The notes under the pieces: model-generated
Told to the model about the DNA's origin: nothing
What the model saw: the letters and a program-made list of their open reading frames with translations, nothing else
Database searches by the model: none
In this document: in pieces, positions 1 to 9,047 of the stretch
Layout of the letters: the number at the start of each line of letters is the position of its first letter
Position numbering within the stretch: position 1 is the stretch's first letter
From: Zygophlyctis sp. KS116
Lineage: Eukaryota; Fungi; Chytridiomycota
Reading direction: 5' to 3'
Assembly (NCBI GenBank): GCA_054661495.1
Contig: BAAFSQ010000162.1
Coordinates: 1-22,551 of the forward strand
DNA: 22,551 nt
Program-made: the position numbers and the translations under genes

Positions 1-174
1 TTAAGAAAAATAAATCAACTTGCAATGGAAAATCTTAAAAGAGATCAACTCAATGAAATGCTTCCAAATTCAATAAATCGTATAGTAGTAGAGATGATGC
101 GAACTATCTTGAATACAGGGCGCGTGTCTCAGAAAAATTTATTTACACTTAACATTAGTGTATTTGTATTATAA
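1..174 (+). other. 3' end of an open frame entering from outside the window, fused in frame to a 41-bp copia integrase-derived insert
   Basis: Frame 1 is open from base 1 (LRKINQLAMENLKRDQLNEMLPNSINRIVVEMMRTILNTGR...) to TAA at about 172-174. Bases 76-116 are identical to 1653-1693. Confidence 0.3.
76..116 (+). repeat. 41-bp exact copy of 1653-1693 (copia integrase segment)
   Basis: AATCGTATAGTAGTAGAGATGATGCGAACTATCTTGAATAC occurs at both positions. Confidence 0.95.
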
Positions 175-309
175 ATTCGGCACATAAACGATGTCCTCTT
201 AATAGACCGACAAAATTTCTCATGACGTAAGTTCAACTCTCACGATTAATTTTCAATTTTCAAATTTCAGAGTATTTACTTAAATATGATTGGTCAAAAT
301 TCGGGTTAG

Positions 310-793
310 GCTTTGAACCCGATGTGACAACCTTAGTACTAGGCTTGTTGTCATATTAGCAAGGTGTTTCATCCATATTAATTAGAAAATCAGGATGAAT
401 ATTCAAGGCAGCATTGATTTCATTTACATATTCGTTAAAGTTGAAACATGTATCATTATCACATTCTTTTTGAGCCACATGTGTCTTATAGCGAATAGAA
501 AAACCGTCTCGCTTCAGATACTGATACAGCCATCTTTTGACGTGCCAAAAGTTTCCATCTTGGAATTCAGGGTCAAACTTGAGAATTTCCAATACGATTA
601 AATCAACGGTACATTCCTTTTGCCCTTGCTCTTGGCCTTCAATAAACGAGACTACGACATTTTTCAAGTGCTCACCCTTCGATTTACGTCCTGAGTGCTT
701 AGTAAATTTTCCTTTTTCATAATCTAAATCCAGATCGATTTGCTTTTTCCATCCCCTAACTTTAGGTATGCTGTGCAACTTGGCAAGTTGCAA
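310..793 (-). pseudogene. pogo/Tigger-like (Tc1/mariner superfamily) transposase, N-terminal fragment (HTH/CENP-B-like region to first catalytic Asp)
   Basis: VRGWKKQ HTH-like segment; WLYQYLKRDGFSIRYKTHVAQK; LINMDETP (first D motif). An in-frame stop follows, then YDNKPSTKVVTSGSK. Truncated at both ends. Confidence 0.85.
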
Positions 794-3524
794 GGTCGTA
801 GTCTACGAGATTCTACCTAAAGTTAATCGACTAGAAACGTCAAAGAAAGGAGTCTATCTAAATTTGGTTGGCAGAGGAACTCTTGAATATTCAATGGATT
901 CTCAAACTGTGACCATTACATAAGTCTATTTCTCCCCTGACGCTAATGCAAATCTTTTAAGCAACGCAGTGTTTGACTCAAAAGGGGGAAAGACTCGTAT
1001 CGAGAACGGTGTTGTAGAACTGTTCACTAAATATGATGAACTGTTCTTAAGGGGTCTGAAACGAGGATGTCTTTATGAAATGGAACTGCCAATCTCAAAA
1101 GAATTATTTTATCATACTCAGAATGAAGTAATAGACCTTGCAGAACCAGAAGTATTTTGCGGCATTTCTGTGGAATCAATGCATCAGCGACTTGGTCATG
1201 TGAGTATAGATAAGGTGAAAAAAATTATTAAAGAGGCATGTATGAGCATTGATGATCAAAGACCAGCTGAATGTGTAGACTGTGCTCTGTCTAAAATTAC
1301 GAGGATTCTTTCAGGAGCTCCTCAAAGAGAAGCTCGAGGCCGTTAGAATTAATACACTCAGATATAGCATTCTTGAACGCAGACAGGTATGAAGGTCTGT
1401 TCTTTTCATTGATGATTTTTCTAATTTTGTCTATGGTTTTATTCTGGGAAGAAAAGGACAAGCTGCTGAAGCTTTCTTTTCGTATGTAGCAATTGCAGAA
1501 GCTAAATTTGGATTAAGAATTTCTGCTCTTAGAGTAGATGAAGGACGTGAGTATCAATCAACGGAACTACTTGAATTTTGCAAGAGCAAAGGGATTGTGG
1601 TACAAACTAGCGATGGCTATACACCTGAGTTAAATGGAAAAGCTGACGATTTAATCGTATAGTAGTAGAGATGATGCGAACTATCTTGAATACGGCAAAG
1701 CTACCACTGGATCTATGGGACGAAGCATTTTTCTATTCAGTCTACACAATAAACCTGATTCCAACTCAGACTCTTGGATTCAAATCCACATTCGAACTGT
1801 GGTTTAGCAAAGCGCCGAAGTATGAGAAATTACATGTCTTCGGTGCATTGGCAGTGAAACATATTCCAAAGGAGAAAAGAGGCAAGCTGGATGAAAAAGG
1901 GGAGATATGCATTTTCGTTGGCTATGATAAAACAGGGTATCGTTTATACATGCCTGGTACGGGAAGAATTGCTATTTCACGACATGTAAAAGTGTTTGAC
2001 AAAACTAAAGCCTCCGAGAAACTTGATTTAAATGGAAATGGTTCAACGTTTGCAGAGCTAGAAGTAGACGGAGATCCAAATTTTTCTGAATCTAATTCTG
2101 ATTATGCGCCTTCTCAATCTGTAAACACCACCGAATCAACTGTACCATCAAGAAACACTGTTGAATCTAGTTATAATTTAAGACCACGAGCTAATGGCGG
2201 AATCGGAGCAGCATTTCATACTGGAGGAAGCAAGTTTAAAGTCCCAGAGACATACGAACAAGCCATGAGTGGAGCTTTCTCTGCGGATTCCTAACCCTGA
2301 AGGATAAAGGAGTCTATGAACTAGTGGACAGACAGACCAGAACGTGGTAAAGTGCAAATGGGTTTATGATCTAAAATCTGATGCTTTTGGAAATATAATT
2401 AAATTCAAAGCACGATTGACAGGAAAAGTTTACTCACAGATAAAAGGAATAGACTTTGACGATATATATGCGCCAGTTGCCGATTATGCAGCAGTTAGAC
2501 TATTGATGATAATAATTTTAGAATTGGATCTGATGGCAAATATTATTGATATTTCAACTGCATTCTTGAATTCTAGTTTAAAGTTTGAGCTCTTTATGGA
2601 ACAACCGAAAGGGTACGAAGATGGAACTGGCAGATTGCTTAAATTGTTCAAATCATTGTACGGTTTAAAGCAGGGTGCGCATGACTGGAATGTGACTTTT
2701 GACGAATTTCTTGTATGGAGCTCTGCATTTACATGAAGGAAGATAGCGAGTCTTTTATCATTTACTTGTGTGGGTAGATGATATGATTATAGCCGCAAAG
2801 TCTAATCAAGCGATTGAAGGTTGTATTCGAACTATTTTTGACAAATTTTCTGGAAAAAACCTGGGAGATTTGACCTCAAATCAATTTTTGCAGTGGAAAA
2901 TACAGAGAACGCAGAATATGATATCGATCTCCCAAGCTAAGGCTAGTGATGAAATTGTAAAGAGATTTGGCATGGAAAACTCAAAGGCTGTGTCTACACC
3001 TTTTGACACTCAATTAGTCTTAGGAGTTGATGGGAAAGTAGAAGATGCAACTAAGTATAGATCAATAATTGGAAGTCTTTTTCATCTTGTAAATTGCACT
3101 AGACCAGATCTTTCTTTTGCTGTCTCTTATGCGTCACGCTATCAAGTAAATCGGAAGAGTACAGAGGTTACTGCAGTAAAGAGAATTCTACAATATTTGA
3201 ATAAAACAAAATCTGAAGGATTGCTGTATAAGAAATCAAGAAATGGAACATTTTCTCTAGAAGTGTTTGTGGATGCATCATATGCACCCCAAGGAGAGAA
3301 ATCAACTTCTGGATGGGTAATCTATGTGAATGGGAATCTTGTTTGTTGGAAGTCACTAAAGTAATCAATTACAGCTAAGAGCTCAGCAGAGTCAGAATAT
3401 GTTGCGTTGTCACAAGGGGTATCAGATGTACTATTTGTCAGGGCAATATTGATGGAGTTAAATTTGGAAGTTAACCATTGTTTCAGTCATTCAAGGAAAA
3501 ACTGAACTGAGGAGTGCCTATTTC

Positions 3525-3533
3525 AGAGGGGAG
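3525..3533 (+). promoter_or_regulatory. Polypurine tract of the copia element
   Basis: AGAGGGGAG lies immediately before TGTTG, just downstream of the RNase H remnant. Confidence 0.8.
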
Positions 3534-3555
3534 TGTTGAAGCGTGAAATGCAACA
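3534..3555 (+). repeat. Start of the copia 3' LTR (right end uncertain)
   Basis: TGTTG follows the PPT; CAACA is at 3551-3555. There is no second LTR in the window to compare against. Confidence 0.65.
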
Positions 3556-3786
3556 GAGCTTCGTCACTCGAGAAACGTCATCTGAATGATGTATCGGAAG
3601 ATTCATTGTTAGAAAATAATTTTTTCTCAGGAACGCGTCTGTCCCTTTGTCTACGTGGACAAAAGAATTTTTTATACCCGATAAATTTGCAATAAATTTT
3701 TCCCTGGTTTAGATAAAAATTGAGCATGTCACTGATACTGCATTGCGACTGCGCACTTAATTTTTCACCGAAAAAATTTTTGTTAA

Positions 3787-6170
3787 ATGCTTTCACCTTC
3801 CAGAAATGAAGTTGTAGCGAATGCAATTGCTCAAAGAACCATGGAGGTTAATGCAGCATTGAAAGCAAAAGCTATAGTGTCTAGTACAGAGTCTAAAAAT
3901 ACTCGTGAGAATTATGAGCATTATCAGAAACATTACAAGGTAATCTAGATTTAATATTCATTTCATAGTCATGGTGTGAATTCTTTTACGGTAACGGCAA
4001 TCACGTAGTCACCAAGGAAAGGCTTCTTGCTTTTTTATTTCAAGAAGTTTTATATATCAAAAGGAAGCCAGGAAGAAAGTCTGAAGCAACAAAGATAAGG
4101 GAAGAACAAGAAACAAATCTTAGGAGACAAAGAGTAAGAGGTACTTAAGTGTATGTTAATTAATCTAGATTTAAATAGGGGCAGCATGACTTTGGAGGAA
4201 TTAGAACAGCTTGAGGTGGATTGTTCAAAAATACAATGTGGAAAAAAAACCCTCCAAGGATTTGTCACAGCTATATGTGATTTATGGACTTTTCAAAGTA
4301 GCTATGAGGCCAATACTCACCCCCACCCAAGAGCAGGCCAGGTGAAAAAACTCATTGAATCAGTCGCCAAAAGCTTAAACAAAGACAAAGATGAAAGCTA
4401 TGAAGATAGGCTAAAAGATACTGCACTAGATACAGTTTCATTTGCTAAGTATATGGAAACTGCCTCATACATTGGACTTGATTTAAATGGCAAACCGAAA
4501 AAAGAAAGTACTTGTATCGCAGGTCGCCTTAACATGCTATTTTTGTATAGCTGCATGTGCCGTTCTCAAATTGTTAGATATTTGCGGCTTTCAGAAGTTG
4601 GTGTGGAGAATGTGTCAAGCAATCCAGAAAGAAAAAATATTGCGATAAGATTGGCTATGATGAAAGGTAAGATAAGATTAGCAATGATGAAAGGTAAAAC
4701 AAATCAGTTTGAACGAACGCAGACAGTGGGAATAATGAGGTTATATATTCTTATTTTTATGGATAGACATAAACATGTTGAATACTGTACTATTAGTGCT
4801 CTAGCTATTCACCTAGTTCACAGATTTCATATTAAAGGGGAAGAAGCACCAGATTTTACTAATAGGGAAAGTTGGTACAATTCTCCATTGCTCAAGATGG
4901 ACGATAGTCATATTACATATACTGAGCAAAGAAATGCTGTCATGAAAGCTATGATGGAGCTTGATATTAGTTGCACAAAGAAAACCCATCTGGGTCGAGA
5001 TATTGCTGTCGCTGTTGGTTCAAAGGCTGGGTTGTCTGAAAACTCAATGAAGAGACACGGTAGGATTTTTTAAATTAAGGATCAAGGATTTTGGAAGCAG
5101 GACTCTTTTTCAGGTGCCTACCAAGCCAAGATAGCGCCTTACGACGTTATTCGCGTCCTAGCAGGATTTGATTCATCAGAAGTTTCATACTACTTAGAAA
5201 GAGACTTGATTGATCCCCCAGAAGAACTTCAAAAATTAATTTTCCCTTGGGTAGAAGAATCATTCATTAAGATTCAAAATTTACTTGATACAAAAAAAAT
5301 TAAGAGTGAACACTCTGGACAAGGATTCTTAAAGGTATTGCTGCTCCTCCGTCGAGTATTTTTACAAGATGCTGCAGCGTTTTATTTGGATTCTAATGAT
5401 TTTTCTAAATACCGAGTATTCACGCTGCCTCTCTTCAAAAAGGATGATTTTATTGTGTTTCAAAAGAAAATCAAAGATTCCATTAACGACCCTTCAAATA
5501 AAATGCTATTTCATGGAGGAACAGAAAATAAGCTTAATTTACTTTTGGAATCACAGGCTGAACAACGGTGTTCTCAAGAAAAAAATTTTAAACGACTATT
5601 CGAAGAAGTGTCTAAAGTATTAGACTCTGTGGGTATTTTTTTTAGCTAAATGAACTAGATTCACAAGATAAAAAACTTAAAAGAATTCAAAAGACTTTCA
5701 TAAGAGCTGCACAAGAAATAAGTGAAATTAATTCTTCTTCATTGCCATCGGATACTGAAGAAGTTGCTGAAAAAGACGTCCTAGTCGAAGAAGCAGTTAT
5801 TAACTGTGAAAATGAAAAATCAAATAATATGCATAGGATGGCCGAAGGTTCGGTTGTTAATACAGTTCGGATGGTTTATAGAGAGTGGTTTGAAGGTTGG
5901 GATAAGCGACCCAGTATAGTTAAATTGCTAAAGGTTAAAGATGGCAAAGGAGATTTGGCTAATGTAGCTGAATTGTTAAAAAATGGTAGCGGAGATTTAA
6001 AATGGAGATATCAGGATGATAAAAAAGTTTATTCTAGAAGATCAAAAATCATCAGAGCGATTAATAAGTTGGTAGTAGAAGGGAATACACTTGAATCAGC
6101 TATTTCCATTTTGGAAGAACAAAGGGGCAAAATGGCTATTTCCTCATTTTCAGATGGATTAAAAAATTAG
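3787..6170 (+). CDS. Crypton (CryptonF-like) tyrosine recombinase with C-terminal GCR1_C DNA-binding domain, about 747 aa; join(3787..3939,3969..4140,4169..4739,4767..5059,5087..5616,5646..6170)
   Basis: Removing five GT-AG introns (29, 28, 27, 27, 29 nt) gives a continuous 2244-nt ORF. Motifs: KNTRENY..YKSWC, VTKERLLAFL, CMCRSQ, KGKTNQF, MRHKHVEYC, KKTHLGR, GFW, GAY, RVLAGF, PPEELQKLIFPW, LRRVFLQDAA, and TVRMVYREWFEG...YSRRSKII (GCR1_C). Confidence 0.9.
4644..4697 (+). repeat. 27-bp tandem duplication (IRLAMMKGK x2) inside the Crypton ORF
   Basis: GATAAGATTGGCTATGATGAAAGGTAA / GATAAGATTAGCAATGATGAAAGGTAA; two mismatches, both synonymous. Confidence 0.95.
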
Positions 6171-6413
6171 TATTCTAAGTCTAAGTTTCTTATGAGTTTC
6201 TTGAGCCATAAATAAAGTCACTTGAACAGCCCCAGAAAAATAGAATCGTTTCTCAATTATCGTCGACATGATCAATCAGCGATATTGCAGACCATCGAGA
6301 CATTAGGGCTAAAAATTTGCATGTCAAGGTTCAGCAAAATTAGCACGGTTGACAGAGTTGACTCTTAGGTAGACAAGGTTAATTTATTCACTAAATAAAT
6401 TATAACTCTTTAA

Positions 6414-6797
6414 CCACTTTATATTAACATTTTTAAAGGGCAGCCAGGTAAGACAAATAACTAAAAACACTAGCTAGGTAAGACACTTGAAAAAAAGGCA
6501 ACTATTAGTAATGGGTACGCGTCTGGCATCAAGTCCTGTTTTCAATAATCAGCTTGGAATGATACCGTGGCTATGTTGAAATGGGTTAATCAGGTATTAA
6601 AACCATACGTTGCTCATGAAAATCTTGGGTATTACATACATATGACCAGTGAAAATGCCGAGAAAGAAATTTCAAGACAAATGTTGTCTCATTGGTTTGC
6701 ACTGCAATTAAAACTTTCTGCAAACTTTGCAGAAAGTTTTAATGGAATTTCTGAGGATTCAATTAAAACTACTTTTCGAAAATGTGGTTTTTATTAA
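6414..6797 (+). pseudogene. pogo-like DDE_1 transposase, C-terminal fragment, internally deleted; candidate intron 6448-6477
   Basis: PLYINIFKGQP|GKTLEK...FQ*SAWNDTVAMLKWVNQVLKPY, then ISEDSIKTTFRKCGF (typical pogo C-terminus). The second and third catalytic Asp regions are missing and there is an in-frame stop. Confidence 0.8.
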
Positions 6798-6809
6798 CCA
6801 ATTTATTAT

Positions 6810-7135
6810 TACTATTTAATAAACAAACTCCTCTTCTCTCAGTAGACTTTCATTTCTTGAGGCTTTGTTGAGTCGCTATATAACTTGATAACTTGAACCA
6901 ATTGATTTTCATATAGTCCTTATAATTTATGAAATTCTCTACCCACATAGCCTGCCAATCCTGATTCAACTCCTTCACGAATTTCCACAGCTTTAATACA
7001 ATATTCATTTTTCTCATCATCATTTAAAAAAATATCAGGTGTTAAATACATGACACTCCCGTTTTGGATATTAGAATCATGTTCATCTAGTCCAACTATT
7101 AAGACACTCGCTTTCTCATTAGGTTCGAATCTCAT
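6810..7135 (-). pseudogene. Small hypothetical protein pseudogene, possibly a HIRAN-like transposon accessory gene
   Basis: MRFEPNEKASVLIVGLDEH...IKAVEIREGVESGLAGYVGREFHKL*GLYENQLVQVIKLYSDS continues through one stop, then a probable frameshift to ...RRGVCLL. Family resemblance is from recollection only. Confidence 0.45.
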
Positions 7136-7429
7136 TTTTATATCCTTTAAACACTGCGAAAAAAATTTTAATGAGAAGCTCGCTCGACAAATGCGTTCTC
7201 TCGGCATCACGAAGTACGGTTGTAGCTTTTTTTATTTGTTTAAAACCCTAGATAAACTGATGGTGGAGTCTTGCAAGGAACGATTACCTTGGATAGGGGT
7301 TTCTGTTTTTCTGTTGATTAAAAACATAATATGATTGGCAGACACAACTGTATAAAATTAATTTATCCAAAGTATACAGGTTCTTTAAGCAAATAGGCGA
7401 GTTTAAGGATGATAATGACTCTTCTAAAT

Positions 7430-7500
7430 AACCTTTGCAAATGGATAGAGGAAGTTTCTATCTACGGATTCAATTCAACAGCTTATGAATTTGACAAAAG
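7430..7500 (+). pseudogene. Possible short fragment of a family-B (Polinton/virus-type) DNA polymerase exonuclease region
   Basis: KWIEEVSIYGFNSTAYE resembles the ExoII motif (V.V.GFNS..YD). Nothing else supports it. Confidence 0.3.
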
Positions 7501-7869
7501 TATCTATCAGATATACAAGCATGATCAGTGTTTGGGAAAACAGTATTTGGCATTGATTTTGGGAGAAGGCGTGGCAGCCAGCAAAAGTAACAAATCGCAT
7601 GATTTCGAGCATGGAATTATCAAAATGTTAAAAGATGGTGAAGGCTGTTTGACAAATGATGAGATTTGAGCTGTCGAATTCTTTAAGATCACTGTTGTTA
7701 CAGATTACAGCGGTATATCAAACGAGGAAGAAGTTGCTGCAGTCTAGCTCCCAGAAATACCTCCAATTATGTTGATATCAGGCTGCATGATAGTTATTCC
7801 TTTAGCATACGAGATGAATTCCGAGTTCTACTAACTAGAAGATATAAACCTTATGAGCTACAAAAGGTC

Positions 7870-8685
7870 AATATTCGGGCCTTTTTCGCTCAGTCTTCAA
7901 CTTTTCAAAAAACCCTTCCATTGTGCTTATCTTTTGAACTATATTTTAGATCTTAAGAATACATGTATCCATTTGGACATAATATCGCCCTTTATCTTCA
8001 ATTCCAGAAATATCGATAATTTGGCCTACTGTCCCATCATCAAGTTTCTGGTAGATGACAACTTCTGACTTTTCCGCTATCTCAAACACTCTTTTAACTT
8101 CCTGAATTAGGAGAGACCAGTCTAAAAAGGGATGGGTATTGAGCAAAACAGTTCTGTTCTGATACGAGAACCAAGCATTCTTGACCAGCCCATCTGGTAA
8201 AGAGCTAGCTCTTGAAACCACGTGTTTGATTTCACCAGCCGTCTGAGCAACATGTCGTGCGAGAGGTGAGCCAAATTTTTAGCTACTTTGGCAATTCGTT
8301 CGTTGATCAAGGTATCGACAGTAGACAAAATCTCTGTTGTTTCTTCATCAACAAATCCAGAAGAATTTCTTGTGATAGACCAGGGAGTAGGTTTGATTAT
8401 CTGCGTTGGCCATGGCATGTCTGATTCCTCTTGATCCCAAGTATCGTATTTGATTCCAGGAAACTGGACATTCAATTCCAAAACCAAAAGGTCTCTTGTT
8501 TGAAAAAGCATATCCTTCTCTCCTTCCATTGTCAGCAAAGTCAAACGAGAGGTGGTATTGCCGACTTCTATTATTGTTGTCTGTAGAATGCATCCTACAT
8601 CATTCGCTGCTAAAAATTTCTTTATAACTGTCGTCAAACCAGCAATAGGTCCCGTCATTACAGTAGTAAGAGTTATTCTTGACAT
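7870..8685 (-). pseudogene. Lineage-specific hypothetical protein, frameshifted near 8276 and apparently 3'-truncated
   Basis: Probable ATG at 8685 (MSRITLTTVMTGPIAGL). The frame switches at an A5 run into FGSPLARHVAQTAGEIKHVVSRAS..., which joins ORF 7946-8221. A further segment reads MEGFFEKLKTE before the frame is lost. Confidence 0.5.
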
Positions 8686-9047
8686 TTTAAGAGGAAAGAA
8701 TTTTGAAACAAACGACTGAACGCCACCCAACAAATAGTGAGCTTTGGATACTGTTAAATAAGGAGGTGTATGTGTACCTTCACAGATGTAAAATATCACA
8801 AGGTTCCTTACTGGAGTGACGGTTAAAATGTTACCATCAAGACTCGAATTTTAATTCAATTGGGTTTATTGATAATAGCATTGTTTTAAGTGCTACACTA
8901 TCTGGTATTCATGGCGTGACGGAGCCATACAAAATTTGCGCGTTGGTCATGCCAAAAAAACAGGATCAATACTGGATTTTTTTATATTAGCTGATTGCAC
9001 ATCTGAAAAACATTCATCTCTTTTACTAATTAAACTATAAAAAGTCA

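Larger units (their letters stand above)
795..3555 (+). mobile_element. Degenerate Ty1/copia LTR retrotransposon, 5'-truncated (no gag or 5' LTR visible)
   Basis: Domain order PR-INT-RT-RH: VYFSPDANANLLS; HQRLGH...CVDC zinc finger; LIHSD; RVDEGREY; PELNGKA; RGKLD...VGYDKTGY; CKWVY...FKARL; DISTAFLN; LYGLKQG; WVDD; TRPDLSFAV; FVDAS; SSAESEYVA. Several frameshifts and stops, and the RNase H C-terminus is deleted. Confidence 0.95.
3556..6326 (+). mobile_element. Crypton DNA transposon (boundaries approximate)
   Basis: Ndc10/Crypton-type YR gene lying between the copia LTR start and a pogo fragment. No long TIRs. An imperfect direct repeat is at 3714-3731 and 6310-6326. Confidence 0.7.

Noticed and set aside
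114-135. TA-CAGGGCGCGTGTCT as a TIR partner of the inverted TA-CAGTTGTGTCT near 7352
   Set aside because: Similarity is limited to TACAG and GTGTCT with different spacing, too weak to call a TIR pair.
395-722. Plus-strand ORFs 395-601 and 537-722
   Set aside because: Antisense shadows of the pogo transposase fragment with no recognisable motifs.
920-3365. TAA stops at likely Gln positions in copia, read as genetic-code reassignment or RIP
   Set aside because: Host genes use TAA and TAG as normal stops and the element is also frameshifted. Too few sites to claim RIP; ordinary decay is sufficient.
3578-4268. Minus-strand ORFs 3578-3826 and 4050-4268 as a second Crypton gene
   Set aside because: Short, low-complexity, and antisense to the Crypton 5' region and exons.
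3787-6170. Prokaryotic or phage integrase, or a DIRS retroelement
   Set aside because: Spliceosomal introns and a GCR1_C domain indicate Crypton. The adjacent RT is copia-type with its own DDE integrase and PPT, so it is not part of a YR retroelement.
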